Made by a program: the position numbers and the translations under genes. DNA of 34,310 bases from Dimargaris cristalligena (taxonomy: Eukaryota), in assembly GCA_003614675.1 (NCBI GenBank), contig ML002392.1, positions 1 through 34,310 on the forward strand, written 5' to 3'. Positions within the stretch are counted from its first letter, which is position 1. Every line of letters starts with the position of its first letter. Shown here in pieces: positions 1-10,000 of the stretch. The notes beneath the pieces were generated by a model that saw only the letters and a list, made by a program, of their open reading frames with translations, was not told the DNA's origin and searched no databases.

Positions 1-1197
1 CCCTACCCCCCACACCCCCCCTTACCGCTCCCCAACGGCGGGCCGCCCTCCCGCACCATGCATCCCAACCGGCACTCCCGGTCCATTTCCCCGCCGAAAC
101 CCGCCTCCTCATCCCTCATTGATTTACCCACCACCTGGGGCCCCGCCGACCACTCCATCGACACGGCTTCCCCCCGTCCCAGCACCCCGGAACCCCTTAA
201 ACGTAGTAGCTTGGGTCCCCAGCGCCCCCCCTCCCATACGCTGTCCGACCCGGCCCCCCCGCCCGCCAATCTGGAGGACCACGATGACGATACCGGTGGT
301 AACAGCACCGTAGAGCCCGATGCCCCTTGCTTGAGTGGCGACGATGAGCCGGTTGAGCCGGAATCTTTCGAGGCCCCCTCAAAGTGGATCCAGGGGGCCC
401 TGATTGGCATGGGCTCCTTTGGGAACGTGTATCTGGGGCTCAATGCCCTCAGCGGAGAGCTCATGGCTGTCAAACAAGTTGATATCCCCCAGGAGAACTC
501 CCCGAGCGAGGCCCGCAAGAAACTCATGCTGGACGCCCTGCAGTTTGAGATTAAGATCCTGCAGGACCTGCGTCACTCCCATATTGTGCGATACCTCGGG
601 TCGCAGATGGACGACCAGCACCTGAACATTTTTCTCGAATACGTCCCCGGGGGGTCGGTGGCCGCTATGCTGGCCAACTACGGGCCCCTCCAGGAGACCC
701 TGGTCCGATCGTTTGTGCGGCAGATCCTTAAAGGGCTCCTGTACCTGCATGAGCGGGAAATTATCCACCGGGACATTAAGGGGGGCAATATCCTAGTGGA
801 TATTAAGGGGGGTATTAAAATCTCTGATTTTGGCATCTCCAAGAAGATTGAGAATGAGGAGGATCGCCTATCCATCATGTCCAACCGGGCGTCGCTCAAG
901 GGGTCAGTGTTCTGGATGGCCCCCGAGGTGGTCAAAAAGACCCACTATACCCGTAAAGCGGACATTTGGAGTTTAGGTTGCCTGGTCATCGAAATGCTCA
1001 CCGGGGAACACCCCTTCCCCAACTTCACCGAAATGCAGGCCATGTTTAAGATCGGTTCCAATACCTCCCCCACAATCCCCCACGGAATCTCCGACGACGC
1101 CCACGACTTTTTAACGCAGACCCTCGCTCTGAACTTTCTGGAGCGACCCACTGCCGATGTTCTACTCAACCATCCTTTCATCCAAGAGGCCAAGTAA
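1..1197 (+). CDS. STE11: MAP kinase kinase kinase, STE11/Byr2-like (5'-truncated: C-terminal kinase domain plus Pro/Ser-rich linker)
   Basis: The frame is open from base 1 to the TAA at 1195-1197. Kinase motifs: WIQGALIGMGSFGNVYLG, GELMAVKQV, LNIFLEYVPGGS, HRDIKGGN, KISDFGISKK, RASLKGSVFWMAPEVVK, KADIWSLGCLVIEMLTG. These match the fungal Ste11 subfamily rather than Bck1 or Ssk2. Confidence 0.9.
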   Translation, partial: PYPPHPPLPLPNGGPPSRTMHPNRHSRSISPPKPASSSLIDLPTTWGPADHSIDTASPRPSTPEPLKRSSLGPQRPPSHTLSDPAPPPANLEDHDDDTGGNSTVEPDAPCLSGDDEPVEPESFEAPSKWIQGALIGMGSFGNVYLGLNALSGELMAVKQVDIPQENSPSEARKKLMLDALQFEIKILQDLRHSHIVRYLGSQMDDQHLNIFLEYVPGGSVAAMLANYGPLQETLVRSFVRQILKGLLYLHEREIIHRDIKGGNILVDIKGGIKISDFGISKKIENEEDRLSIMSNRASLKGSVFWMAPEVVKKTHYTRKADIWSLGCLVIEMLTGEHPFPNFTEMQAMFKIGSNTSPTIPHGISDDAHDFLTQTLALNFLERPTADVLLNHPFIQEAK

Positions 1198-1883
1198 TCT
1201 AGTCTCGTATTACCTGGCCCTACTCCCGGGAGCGGCACGGCCTCCGGCATTCTGCTTCTGTCTTTCATTGTATTTTTGAACCCCACCTTGCCTTTCTCGT
1301 AGATGTATCTAATCGGAATACGAGTAGTCCCATATCGCTGCCTTCACTTTAGACCCCGCCCGACTTATTGACGTGCATATTTTACGACCAGGCGTCTGTT
1401 TTTTTTGTTGTTGTTTTTTGAGCGGGGCGTCTGGTGGGCTACCAGCGTTTGCTGAGCCGATGACCTGCCATATCGCCCACTCCAGCAAACCCTCGACTGA
1501 TCCCAAAACAAGACCCTGTTTCTCTCGCTATAAGCCAACGCTGCTGCATAACGGACCTTGCGTACTACACATACAATTATTTATATTTACACGCCACCGC
1601 ATAGTTCATGGATGGCCATCCCGATCCGTTTTTCTTTTACATAATAATCATTTTTACCTCTCCTAATTCGCTCTATCCACTGGTCTCATTTAATTTTATA
1701 TTCGTTGATTTGAAAACCTTTATGACTTTTTGGAATCTCCCTACCTCGCGTTAATTTACGGGTAATAAACGCCGGCATTCGGCTTGCTCCCCGACTCTCC
1801 ACTAACCAGATCTTATAGGGCACGATACAAAGCCAATTATACAGATGTAAATTAACGGCGGTGGACTAGGGAGCCAGGGTAAA

Positions 1884-3219
1884 TCAACGAGACACCACGG
1901 TGCCATCGGCTTTTCCAAAGTAGGCCTTAGCGGCCATTCCGCAGAACAGACCCACCTCTACTACACCGGGGATTCGGATCAATTGGTCAAAGAGTTGGCC
2001 GGGGGCGTAAATCAGTCCAAAGTGGGCGTCCAGGACAAAATTGCCATTATCGGTAATCACGGGACCAGCCTTGCGCAGGGCCATTCGCAAGGTCACGGTA
2101 GGGGCGTTTTGCTCGAATACCGCCGTCGTGGAGGTGGGGCGCAGGGTAGCAATCTGGGCCATGACGGTATTGTAAGCAAACGGGATTACTTCGATGGGCA
2201 CGCCTTTAGTCCACTGGTTAGTACGGTAGGGGTAACGTAAAACAAAGGATGGGCAAGGAAAGACCATCCGGTTGGTTGGTGAATGGACATTAGTACCTCA
2301 AATGAAGATTATAGCGCTCTACAGATTGTTGGGGGCTAAGTGACAACGGGCTGCATAGGGTAATAACTAAGTAAGTTAAGTAAGCCAGGCAAGTGTAGAT
2401 GTGCATCCCAAATAAATCCATCAGGCAGTGGAGGGGTCGGCGGGGAGCGCAATTAGGAGAACACGACTTACCTGTTGTCCGAGATGGGTAGAGTCCTTTC
2501 GGTGATCTGTTAACGATCAAGGTACAATTAGGTTTAGAGCGAGAAGCATCCGTAGTATCAGTGGATAACTCTAGAAAAAACGGAATTGTACCCAAATCAA
2601 TGAGAAGGGAGCGGCAGTCAGGGTAGGGCTGCTGGACCCACCACCGGTAGTCGTCGCCCTTGGGTTGCGGAAGGGCTGGCGCAGGTCCAGGATGACATAA
2701 ATGCGGACTTACCGGCCACGATAACGAAGACTTTAGAAGCAGCGGCGACCACCTTCTCGCGCAGTTGGGCAGCGCCCCCGCCCTTGATGACATTGAGCTG
2801 GGCGTCCACTTCATCCGCACCGTCAATAGTCACGTCGACTTGGGGGAATCTGGATAAGGGACAGCCGGTGAGAGAGCAATAGGAGGTGAACACGGCTTGA
2901 TCCAGTGAAAAGTAATTTAACCCAATGAAAAAGGAAAAATAAAAAATAGGTTTTCAATTGACAGGCCGACTTACTCGTCAAGGTCGCCGACCCGAAAGCC
3001 GGCTTCGATGAGCAGTTGACGACTCTGGAAACTAGTGGGTATGCACACTAGGTCCGGGTGAAGCTGGGCACGCTGTTCAGCGAGACGGTGAATGGCGTAG
3101 ACGATGGTAGAGCCGCTGCCGACCCCGAGCACACGCACCTGGGGATTGACGTAGTGGTCGACGGCCTGGTAGGCGGCCAGTTGCTTGGCGGTTTCAATAA
3201 GATCGGCGGAGGACGACAT
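1884..3219 (-). CDS. RKI1: Ribose-5-phosphate isomerase A, 4 exons, about 248 aa from ATG 3219 (an upstream in-frame ATG at 3366 adds 49 aa)
   Basis: Exons 3219-2975, 2849-2713, 2506-2472 and 2213-1884 have GTAAGT donors, CAG acceptors and consistent phases. RpiA motifs: [63 protein letters not shown]. Confidence 0.95.
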
Positions 3220-3366
3220 GGGGGCGGTTAGGGTCAGAGAGTAGATTAAACGGGGTAGGTCCAGTGGGTGGAAGCGGCTAAAAGCAAGTGAATGAAGTAA
3301 GAAAGCAGCGGGGCGCGGGGAGTGACGGTGTAGCAGGGAGGACTTGAGCCAAAGGCAGCGAAGCAT

Positions 3367-3687
3367 GTCGCCCAGTATAGAGTATAACTTGACCGGACTG
3401 TTAGAATAGGCGGCGGCTTGGGTATGGTTTAAATGCGGCGGTCAGAGGGTTAAGGCCAGTCAATAGTAATATACTAGTCACCGCCGTCACTGGACAAATG
3501 GAATGGCCTGGAGCCAGTGCTGCCGCTCTGCCCCAGCAAGAAGGGTAGAGAGCCTCTCATACTTAGTTGGAAATGTGGATTGGCCCCGTTGAATGTGCTA
3601 TTCTTGTTAATGATTCGTTGCTTTCGCTCCATCTCGACTCTTTCACCCCCTCCTTTACTACCCACACCACCCCCCGTTATTTCTATC
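3367..3687. promoter_or_regulatory. Short divergent intergenic region between RKI1 and PAF1, probably a bidirectional promoter
   Basis: Head-to-head start codons lie about 320 bp (ATG 3366) or 470 bp (ATG 3219) from the PAF1 ATG at 3688. No specific binding site was identified. Confidence 0.5.
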
Positions 3688-5485
3688 ATGCCGCCTAAAC
3701 GGTACGCGATATTGACACCTGCCAACACGTATATACCGGTCCCAATCCTCCCTAATGGAGCCACCCGGCTACTTCGAAGGAGCCTTGCCTAACCATCACT
3801 AACCTTAACCTTCCGCATGCATCCCACCTCCTTAGAAAACCCGGTGTCGAGTTCCTCTGTAAAACGCGTTATCTCAATCCCCTGCCCGACCTGCCCTTTC
3901 CCCCCAAGCTTCTGGCAATCGACACCAGCGAGTACCATGCCGAACTCACGCGCTACCAAACCACCACCCTCGCCCAGCAACTGCCATTCCCACTCTACGC
4001 CGATAGTGATTTGGGCATGCCCCTCGACCTGATTCTCCTTGGTGCCTTCGATTCCAAGCAGTCCCCCACTGGTAGGTGCCTAGCCCAACCCCAGGGATTT
4101 AGCACTGCTTTATTCAATCGAGATGCACCTCCACCCCTACCCTATCGCCACTAACCCCCCACGCACTATCTTATCACCTTGCTACACGGCTCTTTTCCTC
4201 CACCTCAGCATATGAAGTCGACCCAGCCGATAGACTTTTACTAACCTCGCCGCCCCCGGAGGGCCAGAACCTCCGGAACCGCACCGCCGCCGTCACCTGG
4301 CTGCGTCGCACCGAATATATTTCCGCCGAAATCACCCGCTCTACCTCCCGCACCGCCCAGCCCTCTCGTTCCCGGGCCCCCATCTCCGATCGAGCCGCCC
4401 CGGCCTTTGACCATTCGCGTGGTAGCCAAATCAGCTCTGTCCAACGGTCCTTTGATGCCGTGGCTGCCCAGGAGAAAGATGACCTAGCCACCTGGGTCCA
4501 TCCTTCGAAGCCCAACGTTCATGCCGTGGCGAGCCTGCCCGTACTACCCAACACTGAAGCCTGGGGCCAGACCTATTCCTACTGCATTTTCGACACATTC
4601 CCGACCCTCGGCGACTCCGCGGAGGTAAACGCCCCTTCTCTTTTTGCCGTACACTACCCTAACCACTCGCGCGACCCCTGCCTTGGGCTTCGCAATTCCA
4701 TCTGGGGACCGTCTTTCTTCAAACTAACCTGACCCGCCTTGGGCTTATATGTGTATATCCCCATATTCTACTTACCAGCCCACTAAACAGGTGGAAGCCG
4801 CCCTTCTCCGACCGGTAGCCAGCTCCTTGGTCGAGCAGGGCCACTATATTTCAGTATATACTCCTGACGCCGCCAGCTCTGCCATACTACAAAAACGGCG
4901 CCGCTTGGCCAACCCATCGGCTCTCAAGGATAATGAGGTAAATTACCCGTACTGTACAGCCTTGATCTACAGTATATACCTTTTTTATTATGCCCATCCT
5001 TCTCTATAGCACACCATTCTTTTCCTGGAACCAGGCTCAGGTTTCGTGCCATCCCCTAACTTTATTGGCTCTGCTCTCCATGTTGGTATATACACTTTAG
5101 CCGTTACTGTTCAACCACGGCCGAGATTTCACTTGCGAGAAACACGTGCTCGACGATCTATCCCAACTCCAGTTTTCCCTCACAGCTGGTGGTGAGGCGA
5201 TCTATACACCTGTCAAATCCCGCCTTAATCTGCGCAAAAAGCGAGCAACTGTAAGTATATTTCTATCACTATTTAATTCCAACGTTTCATGTGCATGGCA
5301 CGTATCCTAGCGAACATAATTACGCCTCTCATCTTCCTATGCACCATATATTGGTTATACCCATCACACAACAGCGGCGACCCGCTGATATTCTAAGTGG
5401 CGGCTATGGCGATGAATCTGACGAAGAACAAGCACCCGCCCAACTACAGGTCACCTTGTCTACTAATCCGTCAGACGATCGTTAA
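3688..5485 (+). CDS. PAF1: RNA polymerase II-associated factor Paf1, 6 exons, about 361 aa
   Basis: Exons 3688-3701, 3836-4071, 4209-4624, 4779-4937, 5101-5250 and 5375-5485 are GT-AG and in frame. Paf1 motifs: EFLCKTRYLNPLPDLPFPPKLL, DLGMPLDL, VTWLRRTEYIS, HPSKPNVHAVASLPVLP, AIYTPVKSRLNLRKKR. Confidence 0.9.
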
Positions 5486-6996
5486 TCCAACTCTTGTATT
5501 TTCCTCCTTGACCAAGCCTTACTCCCCTACTTACGTACACACGTACATTACCATTCTATTGGGCCTCACGTCATAACAAATCACAAGTACCTTATAATTG
5601 AAATTACCCTTTACTATATGGTCCTCGGCATGTAACCCTAGCTAGCTTAGTTGGATTTATTTTTATTTAGACATTGGGGTGAGCGTGGTCGTAATAAATT
5701 GGTGGAGTATCGGGGCTATTTAACCACTGCAACTTCCCTGGATCCTACGCCTAACTCTACAGAAAAATATGAAGATTCCACCCTATGCCCTAACCGGATG
5801 AATTACTTGCTAGATCAGAGGGGGCGGATTCACTGGATAATAAGCCATACCATCCGATGGGTTGCAGCCAAGCTCAGAAGAGCTGGCAGTGGGGTGATGG
5901 GTGGACACCGAGGCGGGCATATCACACTTACTAAATCCAACACCCAGTGCCATCAGCTGTTGTTTCCACTTAACATTGGGCCCCAGTTAACCATGGCTGA
6001 TAGTTTGCTAAGCTATCCTTGGATAAGAAAACCCATTTATATCTCACCAAAATGAGGCAAGTGAAAATTACATTCTAATCTGTGTATTGACGCTAAAGAC
6101 AAGGTAGAATAAATAGGGGGGTCGTATATTTTCGGCGGGAACGGCCCAACTAGGTAGAAGAAATGAGCCATTACGGACTTTGCAATGAAAAAAATCCATT
6201 TACCGCTGAATATGGGAGAAGTTCATCTAAGCTATATAACGAAAATTCCATTAGATTCGGCTAATATTACTAGTTAAAAATAAATTTCCCATATATTCTC
6301 CCATACACATATAATGTAAACCCTTATATAGCTGGGCCGAATTTCACCCATATGCTCCTATATGAATTGATCCTACTATACAGTTCCCTTACATTTTACT
6401 ATAGGCCCTACGTGATTAGTGTAGACCTTTCCCATATATTACATCTCGTCATATCATGAGCACATCCCCTAGCCCATAATTCGCTGGTCATTATAAAACG
6501 AGGGCCACATATCCCAAAGCCTAATGTGGTAGCCCCAGATCAATCAGCTGCCTCGAAATACACGGATGACTATGCCCAAAACCACCTGGCAGCTAACCTA
6601 TACATGTCAAGGCTTGGATCATTGATACATCAATCAGAACAATCCCAGGGTGGTTAATCCATCAAATGGGGCGGGAATAGGCAAGATTACATTACTAGGG
6701 GGCATAAGAGTCGTACAGTAGAAAAGGAAGGAGAAACTGAGAAAGATGGGAAACGCTAAAGAGAGTCAGGGGAAGGAATTAATAAATTATAGTAAAATAA
6801 ATTTGAACGCCGTTGTTGCTTCAGGGTTGCGGGACCGCTAGATATAAGGTAACAGGCAGGTGGTCTGATGGGGGGAAGGAGGGTACGCGTAATACGAAGT
6901 ATCATGAAGTGATAGGCGTAAGCCCGCAATATCGCACGTAATGGGTTTAATGAGGTTCGGAAAATTAAACGATATGAAAATATATATCTGGAGAAT

Positions 6997-7017
6997 GGGG
7001 GAGGGGGGGGGGGGGGG
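6997..7017. repeat. Poly-G tract (G15 at 7003-7017), read as poly-C just after the NUM1 stop codon
   Basis: The + strand reads GGGGG-A-G15. Confidence 0.9.
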
Positions 7018-7021
7018 TTAT

Positions 7022-10000
7022 CTAAGGAATAATAATGGACGTCCGCGGGGCCGAGGGATCTTGGTTCAGCTCGCGGGAAGCTGGGCCCATGGTGCCATCG
7101 GCAAATTCACCAATGGGTACCGCGTTGTCCACTTCGGCATGCGCGGAGGAGGAATGTCGTCCACCAGTGGAGAAGAGGGATGCAATTAATTTGCGGCGCG
7201 CCGGGGTGGCCTTGGTGTCCGGACTTAGTATATCGGCAGATTCAGGCTGCCGGGAGGAGGAGGGCGGGTGCACAACAATACGCGGCTTCGCGGGAAGAGG
7301 GCCCATATCTGCGGATTCGGCGGCTAGGGCGTCATTGGATAGAGCGTTGGAAGAATGCCGGCGAGGCACTAAGGCAGCCATGGCAGGTGGCGACAAAATA
7401 AACCGCCGATTTTTGGCTTGACCCGTGTTCGTCGCCTTGTGGGAATGGCGGTGGGTCCCCGACGGGGTCACATTAACAGACGCGGGCCGGCTGCCATCGC
7501 GGGACCGAGCCTGGGATGATCCAGTCCAAGGCGGGGAATCCAGCTCGGAGTCCGCAGGTCCACCCCGAGCGGCCCGCCGCTGTGAACCACTGCGGTCCTG
7601 GGATCCACCAGCAGGGCTGGGTAGATAGGGACTAAATTTGTTCAGTAGAAATCCGTAGCTGCCCTTTTTGAATAGCGACTGGGTACCACTCCCGCTTCCA
7701 CTACCACCGCCGCGACCGCGCGAGCTGGAGCCACTCGATTCCCCGTCGGGACCATCCACATGGATAGCGGGCACGGGGTCCGAGATATGGGGAGTGTGAG
7801 ACTGGGGCTGCGGGGATTCATCATACCCTGAGTGGGAAGCCCCAAAGTCGTAGGCGGAGGGCACGGCAATGCTCATATTAGTCGTATTGGCGTTGGGGTG
7901 AGTGAGTACCTGGTCACGTTGCCGTGGGGCCGACGGGGTACTTGCCCCTCGCCCGTTAGTGGCGGAGGGTAGCACGGGTCGAGTGAGAAGGAATGACAGG
8001 GATTGACTCCATATATCGTGGCGTACCCGACTGGTGGCCTTGAACTTCAGCTCACGGTCGTTGGTCGTTACGACAAAGCTGTGCGAGGCCGAGTCGCCGT
8101 CGCGGGTGTGTTGATAGTCGGCTACCAGGCGAATGTCCTTGATGAAGGCACTCTTCGACTTGACGAGCGTACGGGTAGGCATATAGGATCGATCAGCCCC
8201 CGGCTCTTTGGGGCTCCAATGAATGGTCTTGGTGTAGGGGTGGATCCAGAAGAACCGCAAATGGCGGCGCTCTTTAGCCACACCCACACCCTTGCTTCGA
8301 GTAGACTTCCACATGAATTCGCCCACCATGGTCTGGGTAATGGCGTGGATAATCAGCGGATTGGTCGACAGAACCATATCGGACGCCGCATTGAGCGGCA
8401 TAGAACGGGGCCGTGTAGTGGCCGTAGATGGCCCGTCCTCGAACATAACGTGGCCACTGGAAACCATGGTCCCGCGATTAGCGGGAGCGGTTACCAGACG
8501 ATTGGATACGCCAATGACATGGGGGCTGGGCACCGTGGATGGGACCTGGCCACTTACGGACGAATTGGATGGAGTAGGGGGGGTGGTTATGGTCATGGTC
8601 AGGCTCGGACGAAAAAGGGGCCGTAGTGACCACCAGGTCAGGAGTACGGTGGGTAAGGGCGTGGTCACTCTGGGTGCGCACCACCGGCCGAGCACCGGGG
8701 GATGGCACCGAGAGGGTCCCACCATCGGACGTCGTAACCGCCGTGGCCGACATTATCTGATCGAGGGACAATGGTGGGGCACTATCCATTTCCAGGACGG
8801 ATTGATCGGCTGGCCGGGGCGTGGACGAACCAAAGGCGGCCAGTTGGGCAATGTTATTGACCGAGCCATAGGCCCGGAGGTTGGTACGACCGGTAATAAG
8901 GGTCGATGACGTGGTGGGGAGAGGTGGCTTGGCGTGGGTTGCGGGGGGCGGATGAGGCGGTGGCATCAATTCCGCCGCCGTGGGGCGAGCGGGGCCCCGC
9001 GAACTCCGGCCTAGTGATGTAGCAAATGGCATGGACCGAACCTTGGCCAATAGGGATGCAGGTGGGGGCGTGGTGGGTCGAGGGGGTAACGGAACCGCCG
9101 TAATCGACGGTGGATAGGGCCCATGGGACCGAGGAGCCGGGAGGACCACTACCTCATCCGTCTGCGTGGCCACCGAGGACAACGTAGGGTTACCCTCGGC
9201 TAGATGCGTCGAGACAGACCGGGTGTGGCGAACGGCAGGGTAGGGGCCGGACTCGGTGGTGGATATAGGGGCAGCTGGACCTTCCTCGGCGGTATAGTGG
9301 GAGGCCGAAGTAGAGGTGGTAACGGTGGAACTAAAGGAGGCGTGGTTGCGGAGAATTTGGGTGGAGGGTAAAACCGACCGAAGGGCGATGATCTGGGGGT
9401 GGAGCGGCGGGGTGGGCTCGGAACGAGCGGCCGAGTCATCGTCCGATACGGACACCAGGGGGTCACGAGCAGGCGATTTTCCATAAAGGGTCATGAGGAA
9501 CCCCTCCGAGCGTCGCCGAACGTGGTGCTGCAAGGTGCGGGAAACATCACTCACCGCCTGGGCGTAGTTCCGGTCGTGTAGGTGAGGCAACTGGTCCCGG
9601 CTACGGAGGGCGATTTCGGGATGGCTACCAAAGAGGCCGTCGACCGGGGTCCACGGCACTAACGTGGTTGCGTGGCAATGTGCGCACATGAGGACCGGGG
9701 CCGAATTGCCGCCAAAAGTAGGTGACCGGTTGGCTGGACTGGTACAGCGGGCCGCCAGAGGGTCCCCTGCCGGCGAATCAACTTGGGACGCCGATCGACT
9801 GTGACCGGGTGGGGTTTGAGGCCTCGGTTCCACGGCACGGGCCGTTGCCTCCGGGGGAAGGGCGGGCAATGGAATGGTCGGAACTGGGCTTCGGATGGAT
9901 ACAGGGACGGGGATTACCACGGGACGGGCGGTGTCCTGTTCCTTGGACGGCTCACTCCCGGAATGGTCAGCGACTTCTTCGGACTCCTCGGGTGCATGGA

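Noticed and set aside
766-789. Kinase catalytic loop HRDIKGGN instead of the common HRDIKGAN
   Set aside because: The substitution is conservative and all catalytic residues are intact.
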